NCBI GenBank assembly: GCA_965249485.1
Contig: OZ252239.1
Coordinates: 3,424,001 to 3,488,000 of the forward strand
Direction of reading: 5' to 3'
DNA from: a bacterium
Lineage (GTDB): Bacteria; SM23-31
DNA: 64,000 nt
Of the stretch, positions 1 to 10,107 are shown piece by piece. Positions within the stretch are counted from its first letter, which is position 1; each line of letters begins with the position of its first letter. Made by a program: the position numbers and the translations under genes. Below the pieces are notes generated by a model that was not told the origin of the DNA, did not search any database, and saw only the letters and a program-made list of their open reading frames with translations.

Positions 1-399
1 GTTACCGGATAAGAGTCCGGTTAACGTTGTCTTTAAGAGATCTTTCGGTACTGGTCCAACGATATGGTCAATAATTTCTCCGTCACGAAAAAAAAGCAGT
101 GTCGGCAGTTCATTGATTCCATACGTCTCCACAATTTGGTCGTTATTTTCAACATCAACAGTACCAAACTTAATACAATCCTGAAACTTAGTGCATAATT
201 CTTCGATCATAGGCATCATGATCTGGCAATTTCCCGAACACTCTGAACCGAATTGCACCATGACAAAATCATTGTGTTTCAGTACTTCATTATGAAAATT
301 TGAATCGGTAAATTCATGACTCTTATGTGAGTGAATCATATGCGACTTTCTATTTGTCTGTTGCAGAATTAATTCCTCTGCTTTCTGTGTCTGATTCAT
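1..399 (-). CDS. Thioredoxin-family protein, 3' end runs off the window (not in ORF track; start 399 or 339)
   Basis: Manual translation: ...HEFTDSNFHNEVLKHNDFVMVQFGSECSGNCQIMMPMIEEL...FGTVDVENNDQIVETYGINELPTLLFFRDGEIIDHIVG; thioredoxin fold pattern with cis-Pro motif (LPT). Confidence 0.85.
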   Translation of the reverse strand, partial: MNQTQKAEELILQQTNRKSHMIHSHKSHEFTDSNFHNEVLKHNDFVMVQFGSECSGNCQIMMPMIEELCTKFQDCIKFGTVDVENNDQIVETYGINELPTLLFFRDGEIIDHIVGPVPKDLLKTTLTGLLSGN

Positions 400-467
400 T
401 GTGCTGCTCAAAGAAGGTTTCATAGTGATTTATTCATTCCTGAATTTAATATTACTTTAACTATTAT

Positions 468-483
468 TACAAATCGTGTGCCA
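468..483 (-). promoter_or_regulatory. Putative sigma54 (-24/-12) promoter for the thioredoxin-like gene
   Basis: Minus strand TGGCACACGATTTGTA = GG-N10-GT, one mismatch from TGGCAC-N5-TTGC; lies just downstream of a sigma54 activator gene. Confidence 0.6.
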
Positions 484-487
484 CAAT

Positions 488-520
488 AAAAAAAGCCACT
501 TGGATATCACACCAAGTGAC
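488..520 (-). terminator. Intrinsic terminator downstream of the sigma54 activator gene
   Basis: Minus strand GTCACTTGG-TGTGATAT-CCAAGTGGC followed by a T run. Confidence 0.65.
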
Positions 521-582
521 TGTATTTAAAAAAGTTATATTACTTTAATATTTGATATAGGTTTCGGTTAATCGCTAGTATT

Positions 583-621
583 AACTCCGATTATTCGTAT
601 ATTATACGACATGTCGGAGTT
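583..621. promoter_or_regulatory. Dyad element, candidate upstream activator sequence
   Basis: AACTCCGA...TCGGAGTT inverted repeat containing two CGA-N4-TCG units, about 100-140 bp upstream of the -24 element. Confidence 0.45.
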
Positions 622-2405
622 TAAGCTCTTTCTATTTCCAGTTTTTTCATCCTTGATTCCAATGTCGTAGGCTTGAGACCCAATTTTTCTGCAGCACCGT
701 TTTTCTCGCGTATTCTCCACTTGGTAGACTCCAATATTTCAACAATGTGATCCCGCTCTACTTCATTCAGAGGCATAGCTTTTGAGGATTGCAATGCGAC
801 TTGTTTTTTCGCGAGCCAGTCTCCCAGAACTAGTTGTGAGCCGCTGCTGATAATTACTGCTCTTTCAATAATGTTTTCCAATTCGCGGACATTCCCGGGC
901 CAGTCATACAGCTGCAGCGTGTTGATGACTTTTTGGGGTATTAAGGTAATTTGTTTCGCTGATTTGGTGTTAAACTTTTTCACAAAATGGTTGGCCAGTA
1001 CGGCAATATCATCTTTGCGATCACGGAGTGGCGGCACAACAATCGGAAAAACATTCAGTCTATAGAACAGGCCTTCCCTAAAGGTTCTGTTTTCTACCGC
1101 TTGTTCAATATCTCTGTTCGTTGCAGCAATAATCCGCACATCAATTTTCGTTGTCTTCGGATTTCCGATACGCTCAAATTCGCCTTCCTGCAAAACACGA
1201 AGCAGTTTCGACTGAAGCTCAAGCGGAAGATCACCAATTTCATCGAGAAAAATAGTTCCTTTGTCTGCAAGCTCGAACCGACCGATTTTTCGCGAGAGCG
1301 CTCCGGTAAATGCGCCCTTTTCATGACCAAATAATTCACTCTCTATTAAATTTGCGGGAAGTGCTGCACAATTTATCTTGACGAGTGGCCGGTCTCTTCG
1401 CATACTTAAATTATGGACAGCACGAGCAAAAAGTTCTTTTCCAGTTCCTGTTTCGCCAAGAATGAGAACCGTAGCGTCGGTCGAAGCAACCTGCTCGACT
1501 TTTCTAAGCACTTTATTGAGCGTTCCGCTGCGGCTTATAATCTCCTGAAAATTGTGAGCTCCCTTAATCTCTTCCTGCAGATAGATATTTTCCGCTTCCA
1601 GACGGTCTTTCAGGGACTTGACTTCTTCAAGAGCATTGTGCAGATCCCGCTCCGCTTTCTTCCGCTTGGTTATATCTCGTACCATTGCAAGGACTTGTAC
1701 TTTCCCCCGCAGTTTGACAAGCGAAAACGAAATGTCCGCAGGAACAGATTTTTTATCTTTCCGTAAACAGGTGAATTCGTCGGAGATTACCGCTTCTCCG
1801 GAAAGAACCTTTTTTAATACTCTGGCAAGCTGTTTCATCTCATTCGGATGAATAACTTCAATCTGCATACCGCGTATTTCATGCTCCGAATACCCCAAAA
1901 GGTCAAGAGCCACATAATTTGTATCTATAATTTGTTGGGTACCGGGATCAAGAATATAAATTGCATCATTTACAGCATTGAAAATGTCCCGGAATCGTTG
2001 TTCGCTTTCACGTGCTGCCCGTTCAGCTTTCTTCCTCTCTGACACATCCTTTACAAAAGCACAAGCAATGGTCCTGCCCTCAAACTCCATCTTATTTGAG
2101 GTAACTTCAACAGGCAAAAGACCGCCTCTTTTATTCTTGTAGCATGTCTCGACTGTAATCACACCCAAACCTTTAATTGTTGACCACATCACCTCCCAAT
2201 GATTATCACTTCCACTCTCATCTAAGTCTTTAATGTTTAATGAGAGAAACTCATCATACGTATAGCCGAACTTTTTGGTGGCAGTTTTGTTTACATGGAG
2301 AAAATCACCGGCTGAATCTAACCAGAATATCGCATTCATTGCATGGTCTATAGATGCTGTAGATAACCGTGCAATATGATCTTTCTGTATTCGTTTATCG
2401 GTCAT
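621..2405 (-). CDS. PAS-PAS sigma54-dependent (FhlA/NtrC-like) transcriptional activator
   Basis: Two PAS domains, AAA+ Walker [15 protein letters not shown] motif, C-terminal Fis-type HTH. Confidence 0.95.
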   Translation of the reverse strand: MTDKRIQKDHIARLSTASIDHAMNAIFWLDSAGDFLHVNKTATKKFGYTYDEFLSLNIKDLDESGSDNHWEVMWSTIKGLGVITVETCYKNKRGGLLPVEVTSNKMEFEGRTIACAFVKDVSERKKAERAARESEQRFRDIFNAVNDAIYILDPGTQQIIDTNYVALDLLGYSEHEIRGMQIEVIHPNEMKQLARVLKKVLSGEAVISDEFTCLRKDKKSVPADISFSLVKLRGKVQVLAMVRDITKRKKAERDLHNALEEVKSLKDRLEAENIYLQEEIKGAHNFQEIISRSGTLNKVLRKVEQVASTDATVLILGETGTGKELFARAVHNLSMRRDRPLVKINCAALPANLIESELFGHEKGAFTGALSRKIGRFELADKGTIFLDEIGDLPLELQSKLLRVLQEGEFERIGNPKTTKIDVRIIAATNRDIEQAVENRTFREGLFYRLNVFPIVVPPLRDRKDDIAVLANHFVKKFNTKSAKQITLIPQKVINTLQLYDWPGNVRELENIIERAVIISSGSQLVLGDWLAKKQVALQSSKAMPLNEVERDHIVEILESTKWRIREKNGAAEKLGLKPTTLESRMKKLEIERA

Positions 2406-2715
2406 GAGCTATACTGTTAAAATTAGGAGTCATTAACATGCATTGGTATGTTGAGTATAAATTATATAATCATTTACCAAGATGTCAATACATTATTGTT
2501 TATTTCGATTCAACACTGAAATAAATCATATCAATTTGTAGTATTTCTCAATAATTGCCACTAATCTGTCGTAATAATGGTGTGGAAGAGAACCGAGACA
2601 ATTTTGTTTTAAATGTCGGTTAAATCATCTATATTATATAGTTTTTGCATTATACGTACCAGTTTAAAAATAATTTTTGTATTTACCACTAATTAACGAA
2701 TGAAGATGATCAATT

Positions 2716-3561
2716 ATGAAAGTCAGTGATATATATACACAAACGGAACCGGTAATTTCGCTTGAATTTTTCCCGCCGAAGGAGAATATGGAGCTGGTGT
2801 TCGAAACACTCGAAAACCTAATCGAGTTTGGACCGAACTTTATCAGCGTCACATCTAAATCTGATGGAACGAACAAGGATAAAACATTTGAGATTACCAC
2901 CCGAATCAAAAATGAATATGGTATTGAGGCTATCCCCCATCTCACCTGTATTAACACATCGATGAACGAGATCGATGAGAATCTGTCAGAAATCGATGAG
3001 AAAGGTCTTGAGAATATCCTTGCCTTGCGGGGAGACCAACCAGAAGAATTGGTGAATAGCCATTTCAGGCATGCATCGCAGCTCGTGCTGCAGATCAAAC
3101 AGAATATGCCTGATTTTTGCATCGGCGTGGCCGGCTATCCAGAAACACACCCCGAGGCTGAGTCAATCGAGAACGATCTTGACAGGTTAACAGAGAAAAT
3201 CGACAACGGCGCCGATTTTGTTATTACACAGATGTTTTTCGAGAACGGTTTTTTCTTCGATTTTCTAGAGAAATCTGAAAAAATCGGTATTGAAGTTCCG
3301 ATCATTGCGGGTATCATGCCCGTATTTTCATATAAGAATATCAACAAATTTGCGGAAATGTGTGGTGTCCAAATTCCTCGTACGCTTGAGAAAAAAATGA
3401 AGTTGTACATCGATGATCCCGATTCTATTATTCAGCTCGGAATCGATTTCGCACTCGAACAGTGTTCAGAGCTTTTGGACAACAAAATTCCAGGACTCCA
3501 TTTTTACACAATGAACAGATCAACTCAGGTCGGTGAGATTCTGAGACAATTGCGGAAATAA
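2716..3561 (+). CDS. metF: 5,10-methylenetetrahydrofolate reductase
   Basis: SLEFFPPK, PHLTC, LALRGD, VAGYPETHPEA, ITQMFF, GLHFYTMN motifs. Confidence 0.93.
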   Translation: MKVSDIYTQTEPVISLEFFPPKENMELVFETLENLIEFGPNFISVTSKSDGTNKDKTFEITTRIKNEYGIEAIPHLTCINTSMNEIDENLSEIDEKGLENILALRGDQPEELVNSHFRHASQLVLQIKQNMPDFCIGVAGYPETHPEAESIENDLDRLTEKIDNGADFVITQMFFENGFFFDFLEKSEKIGIEVPIIAGIMPVFSYKNINKFAEMCGVQIPRTLEKKMKLYIDDPDSIIQLGIDFALEQCSELLDNKIPGLHFYTMNRSTQVGEILRQLRK

Positions 3562-3563
3562 CA

Positions 3564-4325
3564 ATGGCGAATTCCGACAGAATAAAATCGTTCTACGAAA
3601 GTTTTGCAGCTTATCTTGTAAAAGACAGGATTATCGACAATCCACGACATACCAAGATTTTCGGTTTTCTCGATAAAATCTTTGCACAGCATACTATCTC
3701 GTCGGCTCTTGAAATCGGATGCGGTATCGGTATCATTTCAGAGTACATCAAAAAAACGGTTCCCGTTGTCGACAGTCTCGACATCAGCGAAAAAAATATC
3801 CTCTTCGCTCAGAGAACGGTAAAGGATGTCAATTTTCAGGCTGCCGATTTTTTACAGCTGAATCCTGAACGAAAATACGATTTGATCACTCTTTTCGATG
3901 TTCTAGAACATTTTCCCAAACCGCAGCATCCGCTTGTGTTTTCCAGAATAAAACAATGCTCGCATGAAAACACACTCATTGCCATAACCATTCCCGATGC
4001 AAGGTATCTCGATTTTTTCCGCGAACACTATCCTGAACGGCTGCAGGTGGTAGATGAAAGCATCACTTTTGAAGAGATTATGTCGCTCTTCTCCTGTTTC
4101 AATATGGAAATTATAACATATCAGCGTTTCGGAATCGATTTTGAAAACCAGTACCGATTTTATTTGCTGAATTACCGGGAGGAAACATTTACACTCGAAC
4201 AAAAGCGGAATATGCCCAAATCATGGATTCCGGATAAGATAAAAATAAATGTGGATCGGATTCGCGCTCACCTGCGGGCATTAAAATACAAAAAAATTCT
4301 TGAAGACCTTAATATATCGAAGTAG
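3564..4325 (+). CDS. Class I SAM-dependent methyltransferase
   Basis: LEIGCGIG motif I, YDLITLFDVLEH. Confidence 0.85.
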   Translation: MANSDRIKSFYESFAAYLVKDRIIDNPRHTKIFGFLDKIFAQHTISSALEIGCGIGIISEYIKKTVPVVDSLDISEKNILFAQRTVKDVNFQAADFLQLNPERKYDLITLFDVLEHFPKPQHPLVFSRIKQCSHENTLIAITIPDARYLDFFREHYPERLQVVDESITFEEIMSLFSCFNMEIITYQRFGIDFENQYRFYLLNYREETFTLEQKRNMPKSWIPDKIKINVDRIRAHLRALKYKKILEDLNISK

Positions 4326-4351
4326 TATCCATTATTTCATCACAACTCAAC

Positions 4352-4385
4352 AAAAAAAGGCAGGCTTCACGTCCGAAACCTGCTT
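4352..4385 (-). terminator. Intrinsic terminator of the DUF5916 gene
   Basis: Minus strand AAGCAGGTTTC..GAAGCCTGCC followed by T7. Confidence 0.6.
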
Positions 4386-4438
4386 TAAAAACTCTAAAAT
4401 CAATCTCAATTGCCTCAATTCACTCAACATGCAATCTC

Positions 4439-7204
4439 TTAAAATCTGTGTGTATAATTGATTTTGGAAGACATACCTCGTGATAATGTTTTTGTGTCAA
4501 AATCCCAGATCGACGATCCGTAATTCAACCAGTTCTGTGTATAGACCATAAACAGGTCATTACCCGGTCTGACAGTCCATCGGAGCTTTGCAAACAACCC
4601 GATTATTTCACTCACATCGTCATACTGGATATTGCTTGTGAGCGACGTCCTCGGTGTCGGATGGAGCCCTGTCTGAATCTGATATACATTTGTTTTGAAA
4701 TCGCCCTGTGGAAGTGATACATCATTGATTTCTACTTCCGTTTGCAGACTTAGCCCGGGAAATGGTTTAAAATTCAGTGAACCTCTATATTGAAACCGAT
4801 CACCTGACCAGAATTCACCCCAGCTTACATTGACCATTGCCTGTACTGGACGGTGCCCAGCACTCCAACTCGAAACTTTCCACTCATTATAGTTATATTC
4901 ACCAATCGGGATTATAATACCATCACTGATCTCGAAATCCTCATCAAGAAATTCAAAATTCTGGTTTAATTGAATCTCAAAATTATCTCCGGTATTAAAC
5001 CGTGCTTCAAACAGCGTATATTGTATATTGCTTGTAATAAGTTCGCTATTCATACCCCAGAGATAGCGCCATTGACCAGTGAACTGGAGTTGCCTGACTC
5101 CCGGCAAAAAGTCGGGACGAGGATTGAATCCTAACCGTGGCTCTACTCTGCGGAAACCGTTTCTGCCGACAAATCCGACAGCCGGATCATATTCCTCACC
5201 CAGCTCCCGGTAGGAAACATGTCCCGACCACAGGTCGTTCGGGTAACTGATTCTAAGGCCGCGGGCACTCAGCTCATTAAATGTTGCATTGCCCCCACTT
5301 TCAGGATCGGTATGCCAAACTAAAAATCCTTCAAACTGGAGATTTTTATCTCCAAGAAACTTTGAGGTCGAGAGGTTTAAGTCAGCACCAACCGTATAAC
5401 GGTCATCAGATTCCGGTTCACTGTTGATTGAACCACTTGCCCTCCGAGTATAAATCAGACCAATTGTTGACTGCTCAAAGAGTGAGCGCTTTATCCTGGC
5501 AATAGTAAAATCCTCTGCAGGTGATTCGGCATGAAGATTGTCATCCGTACGCACCTGAATCAATCCAATCTCGTTTCGGCCAATGGTACCGCCGAGCCGT
5601 GCACCGAACACTACCGGTATCTGTTCACCTTCTGTGAGACCGATTCTCCGGCTGAAATAAGGATTCACTCCATTTCTGGACGCGAAACTGAATACGCTCG
5701 AACCTTCAAGGAAAAAATCACGTTTCTCCTGAAAAAAGAGGGGAAACCGTGTTAAATTGACCCGTCTCTGGTCTACTTCAACTTCTGCAAAGTCAGTATT
5801 AATTGAAACAGCACCACGAAGGCTTGGTGTAATATTATAAGAGATATCAAATCCAATGTCCGATGGAACATCAGTCGGATCTTCAGGATTCGGAATAAGC
5901 ACATCATCTTCTATAATATTCGGAACATAGTTTGTGCCAAATGTCCCATACGGCTTTATTTCGAGGCCTATCCCCTGCGAAATACCTGTGAGACCATTTA
6001 GCCTTCCGGCATGAATAGGACGTGTCAACGGCTGATTCCGTTTATGACCGCTCCATCTCATTTCTTCGTTTTTACGCCGTATTGTTCGCTGGAAGTTAAT
6101 ACCCCGGACATCTTTATTGGGATCAAAATTGAGTGTCTGAAAAGGTATTTTTGCTTCGGCAATCCATCCTTTATCATTCTTGGAGGTCCGTACATCCCAG
6201 ATTCCGTCCCACGATTTATTGGTTCCGCCACCGCCGCCACCACCACCGGATCCAATCAGCCCGTCACCCAGCAGACCTGCGGGATTCGTTTCAAAATAAT
6301 ATCCGGTACGACCATCTAAAAAAGTATCGATGATCCACATAAATCTATCGTCCGACCAGAGTCCTTCATCACGTTGTTTCTGAAAACCAAGAATTCCATC
6401 CTGATCACTATCGTAAAGCATTGCCCCGATATAAAGATTCTTTTCGTCATACAAAACATAGACATCGGTGTTTTCAGTCGGCTCGATACCCTCTCTTGGT
6501 TCTGACTGTAGAAATCCGGTAGCAGGTGTTGCTCGCTTCCAGGCATCCTCGTCCAATATACCATCCAGTTTTATTTTACCTGAACTGTGAGCAGCTTGCA
6601 ACATTTTTCCGGAGTATGATGGATCGACAGTAGAAACAGTGTGGCCATTTGTGGGAATATTATTAGCGCCGTAATTATCATGTCCATTACCATAATTGTT
6701 GCCGTTACCATTACCATTACTATATCCGTTTGCTATATAGTTTTCGCTTAGGTTCCAAACAGTATTATCGGTAAACTCCACTTTTTGCGGAACAATAGCA
6801 CCATCAACAGGAACACCTTGTTCCAACAAAGTTTCCTCCCAGATAAAGTTCTTTTTGGTACCCGGCTTAATGGTTGTGGCAAATGTTTTCTCAAACAAGA
6901 CCGGATTTGCGCGGTCTTGAATATAGACCATCAACCAGACATTGAGTTTTGTCAGATTAGTACTGCCTCTATTTTCAACATTAAAATATGCTCTTAAACT
7001 ATTTTCGCCGGTCAATACATTGACCGGATCAGTAATAGAAAACGGGGCATTTTCGTAATGAAATGTCGTTAACGGAATATATGTATTTACAGATGATCCA
7101 TTATCGGTCACCTGAGCGTTAAGATCCTGAATGAAATTCAATGAAAAAAATACATAGACAGAAAGCAAAAAAGTACTTAAAAAAGCAAAAAACCTACGCC
7201 GCAT
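4439..7204 (-). CDS. Outer-membrane protein with CBM9-like and DUF5916 domains
   Basis: Signal peptide; IKLDGILDEDAW, LYDEKNLYIG, INTDFAEVEVD, EKRDFFLEG, YFSRRIGL motifs; C-terminal Phe. Confidence 0.8.
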   Translation of the reverse strand: MRRRFFAFLSTFLLSVYVFFSLNFIQDLNAQVTDNGSSVNTYIPLTTFHYENAPFSITDPVNVLTGENSLRAYFNVENRGSTNLTKLNVWLMVYIQDRANPVLFEKTFATTIKPGTKKNFIWEETLLEQGVPVDGAIVPQKVEFTDNTVWNLSENYIANGYSNGNGNGNNYGNGHDNYGANNIPTNGHTVSTVDPSYSGKMLQAAHSSGKIKLDGILDEDAWKRATPATGFLQSEPREGIEPTENTDVYVLYDEKNLYIGAMLYDSDQDGILGFQKQRDEGLWSDDRFMWIIDTFLDGRTGYYFETNPAGLLGDGLIGSGGGGGGGGTNKSWDGIWDVRTSKNDKGWIAEAKIPFQTLNFDPNKDVRGINFQRTIRRKNEEMRWSGHKRNQPLTRPIHAGRLNGLTGISQGIGLEIKPYGTFGTNYVPNIIEDDVLIPNPEDPTDVPSDIGFDISYNITPSLRGAVSINTDFAEVEVDQRRVNLTRFPLFFQEKRDFFLEGSSVFSFASRNGVNPYFSRRIGLTEGEQIPVVFGARLGGTIGRNEIGLIQVRTDDNLHAESPAEDFTIARIKRSLFEQSTIGLIYTRRASGSINSEPESDDRYTVGADLNLSTSKFLGDKNLQFEGFLVWHTDPESGGNATFNELSARGLRISYPNDLWSGHVSYRELGEEYDPAVGFVGRNGFRRVEPRLGFNPRPDFLPGVRQLQFTGQWRYLWGMNSELITSNIQYTLFEARFNTGDNFEIQLNQNFEFLDEDFEISDGIIIPIGEYNYNEWKVSSWSAGHRPVQAMVNVSWGEFWSGDRFQYRGSLNFKPFPGLSLQTEVEINDVSLPQGDFKTNVYQIQTGLHPTPRTSLTSNIQYDDVSEIIGLFAKLRWTVRPGNDLFMVYTQNWLNYGSSIWDFDTKTLSRGMSSKINYTHRF

Positions 7205-7369
7205 GAATTCAAAACCTCATTAAAAAAACACAAACAAAAAAAATACAAGCAATTCTGCATTTAAAAATCAAACGCTATAATTACAATCCAGTTATGAGTT
7301 TCTTCAATATTATTTTTCGTAGATACGTTCCAACACGAAAATGTGCTACACATTACGGTTGAAACCTAC

Positions 7370-7401
7370 AAAAAACCGGTACCTCGCAAGGAGATACCGG
7401 C
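7370..7401 (-). terminator. Orphan intrinsic terminator about 170 nt upstream of the DUF5916 start
   Basis: Minus strand GCCGGTATCTCC-TTGC-GAGGTACCGGT followed by T run. Confidence 0.55.
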
Positions 7402-7551
7402 ATTGGAGTTGTTACCAATATAGGTATTTCACAGGCAATATTCAAGTTCTTTGGTGATTTCAAAGAGGTGAGTGAAGTATAGAATACTTTAAATCTTCAT
7501 AATAACCTGTTATTATCGTGAAATTATTTGAAAATTCGAACCATCAATATT

Positions 7552-7573
7552 CTTCGACAATACTTCGACAATA
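7552..7573. repeat. Perfect 11-bp tandem direct repeat
   Basis: CTTCGACAATA x2 in a divergent intergenic region. Confidence 0.8.
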
Positions 7574-7661
7574 CAAAACAATATATTATAATTTTTTGTT
7601 GCGCAAGTGTATTCTAAAATCTATATTTTGAACTTTACTATATAATTTAGGACAGCATAAT

Positions 7662-8058
7662 ATGAGAGAACAGGATCAACTCGATTCACAGCGGCTCGAC
7701 AAGTGGCTCGCAATCGCCCGCCTCTTTAAAACACGAAAATTGGCAACACAGGCATGTGAAAGTTAATGAAGTGACATCCAAAGCATCTAAAACGATTAAA
7801 ACCGGTGACGAGGTTACTATTCGGCTCCGGGGAAAATACAGGTCATTTCAAATACTTGGAATAATCAAGCGGAACGTCAGTGTACAGCTTGCACGCGAGC
7901 TGTATGAAGAAACAACCTCACTTGATGTAGATCCGGAGCAGCAGGAATTGATTCGACTAACGTTAAAATCGCAGAAGCAGCAAAAACCTAAATATAAAGG
8001 CAGGCCAACTAAAAAGGAACGGCGGAAACTTACACAATGGGATGACTCCACTTCTTGA
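7662..8058 (+). pseudogene. hslR: Hsp15/S4-domain RNA-binding protein, frameshifted near 7756
   Basis: Frame 1 MREQDQLDSQRLDKWLAIARLFKTRKLATQACE; frame 2 VKVNEVTSKASK...KGRPTKKERR. Confidence 0.8.
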
Positions 8059-8189
8059 TATTGACGATTGAATATTAAGTTTGGATGGAATATTGCCGCC
8101 CGCTTATAAAGATAAAAAAGGATTGCATACGTGCACAATCCTTTGAACAACTAAAAACACCTAACATACTTCTATTATATTATTGTCTT

Positions 8190-8426
8190 TTATATTCTTT
8201 TATGTTCTCCGTCACAAAACGGCTGATTGTTGCTGCTTTTACATCCACACAAAGCATACTGTTTCTTTTCCCCGATCGTGAATTGCATTGGTTTTATATC
8301 GGTCTCTTTATGTGCACCATCACAAAAGGGCTGATTTTTTGATTTTCCGCATCGACACCACCAATATTCCCCAGGTTCCATTTCTAGAATATAGGGGGCT
8401 TTTTGAGCTATTTCTGGTTCTGACAT
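8190..8426 (-). CDS. CDGSH iron-sulfur domain protein (two CDGSH motifs)
   Basis: WCRCGKSKNQPFCDGAH and LCGCKSSNNQPFCDGEH; AGGAGG RBS before ATG 8426. Confidence 0.92.
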   Translation of the reverse strand: MSEPEIAQKAPYILEMEPGEYWWCRCGKSKNQPFCDGAHKETDIKPMQFTIGEKKQYALCGCKSSNNQPFCDGEHKRI

Positions 8427-8531
8427 AAAACGCACCTCCTCTTTATTGTTACCGCAGAATTATTTTGTGAGTATGAATTGAATTCATTTATTCAATCAAT
8501 ATCTCTCAATAAACATCAACTATCGCTCAAA

Positions 8532-9140
8532 TCAACCATTTCTTTGTTTATTTTTATATTCAATTAAACCATTCATAAAGATTTCGACCATCAATGTATC
8601 TTCTTTTTTCAAGTGCTTCTCTTTCCCTTTTCTCTGCATTACTAAATGAAAGAAACTTCGGAAAGCATCGGCCAAATGTGCGGGATTTCCAGTTCGCGTG
8701 GATTTAGCCTTCTGGAACTGCACAAGAAATTGCTCGAGTAGTGATGAATGCCCGTAAAGAGGATCGACTCCGAGAACATCTGCATGCTGCAGACAATATT
8801 GCACTGGAAAATCACCAAAGACGTAAATCATTTTCAGGAATTTGTTTTTCTCGATCTGCCAGAATACTTTTAAGAGTGTATTAGCGGCGTCTTGCTTATG
8901 AGTATAATTACCTTCTCCAATAATACGACTCAGTTTATTTCTAATCACTTTTTTTTCATCCATATACAAATTGAGAAAAAGCTCCCTTTTTGTCGAATAT
9001 ATGCGGTTCAACTCATTAGCTGATACACCTGCTTCTTCTGCAATTAGAGTCAGCGTCGTTCGGTTATATCCGTATCTGTGGAATAATGATTCTGCTGCTT
9101 TTTTAAGAGAATGTGCTTTTTTCTTATGAGCAGTTTTCAT
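8532..9140 (-). CDS. TetR/AcrR-family regulator (start uncertain)
   Basis: AAESLFHRYGYNRTTLTLIAEEAGVS...YSTKRELF N-terminal HTH. Confidence 0.75.
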   Translation of the reverse strand: MKTAHKKKAHSLKKAAESLFHRYGYNRTTLTLIAEEAGVSANELNRIYSTKRELFLNLYMDEKKVIRNKLSRIIGEGNYTHKQDAANTLLKVFWQIEKNKFLKMIYVFGDFPVQYCLQHADVLGVDPLYGHSSLLEQFLVQFQKAKSTRTGNPAHLADAFRSFFHLVMQRKGKEKHLKKEDTLMVEIFMNGLIEYKNKQRNG

Positions 9141-9204
9141 ATGTATATATTGAACATTTTTAATTTCGTTGTTGCCAATGCTCAACAGATGATGTTATAG
9201 CGTA

Positions 9205-9831
9205 TCAATCCAGGTTATATTGGTCCAGAAATCCGCGGAAACTCGTCGCATTTGGAATAATTCCGGGAGTTGATTCGCAATAGTCCAGGTATTCTTTGTT
9301 ATATCGCGGTACAAGGTCGTATTTCTCTTCTAATGCCGCATAAGAAATAAATCCGATGGTCCATAAAGGTGCGGTTAACGCAAGCGAAAGCGACCAATGA
9401 TACAAGGTCAGGCCCAAGAGAAAGGATATTGAAAACAAAATCTGGGGATGTCGGACAAGTTTCTGCAAACCTTGTATCCGTACCGGACCCTCAGTGTTAC
9501 TCAGCGAGCTGCGGGCAATGGAGAGCTCAATTAACGAGAGAAACCACCCTGCCATTGCTGCAATCAATATTGCACTTCCGATAAATGATGCTATGCCGGG
9601 AGGAGTGTAAAAAGAGTTGCTGATTATAGCACGCCACCCATAACCGATACACCACAATGCAGTATACATAATGCCTGTTTTTGCTAATTCTGGAAAATGC
9701 AGTTTAGTATGAAACGGAAAGAGATTTAACAGAGTTAAGCCACAATAGGTTACTAAAATTCCAATAAACAAATTACTTGTCACCGGAGCAGAACATATCA
9801 ACGCTAATATAAATAAATTAAGTAGCCACAT
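9205..9831 (-). CDS. Isoprenylcysteine/phospholipid methyltransferase-like membrane protein (start uncertain)
   Basis: Several TM segments, GLQKLVRHPQ, EEKYDL...Y..YC..TP pattern. Confidence 0.65.
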   Translation of the reverse strand: MWLLNLFILALICSAPVTSNLFIGILVTYCGLTLLNLFPFHTKLHFPELAKTGIMYTALWCIGYGWRAIISNSFYTPPGIASFIGSAILIAAMAGWFLSLIELSIARSSLSNTEGPVRIQGLQKLVRHPQILFSISFLLGLTLYHWSLSLALTAPLWTIGFISYAALEEKYDLVPRYNKEYLDYCESTPGIIPNATSFRGFLDQYNLD

Positions 9832-10107
9832 GTATAAAAACAATCTATTATTCGGTTTATGGTAAAGGCATATTACTAAATTAATGAAGGAATGTTTTTT
9901 TATCAAATTATACTACCAAAGAATAGGTAATTTTCGATATATTGTCAATGAAATTTTACCGTTCTTTTTACAATTGTAACGTATGTCATAGCGCTGCGAT
10001 CGGGTCTATTTTGTATATAATCCGTGATATATGTAATAATTTTCACCATACCGTCTGATTAGGTAACATCAACCTCGATTTGTATCGATACTACGGTTAT
10101 AAAATAC

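Noticed and set aside
2406..2715. Possible SAM riboswitch upstream of metF
   Set aside because: No SAM-I or SAM-II consensus recognisable; AT-rich promoter-like sequence only.
6222..6250. CCGCCA/CCA repeat tract
   Set aside because: Simply encodes a poly-Gly loop in the DUF5916 protein; in frame, not a phase-variation signal.
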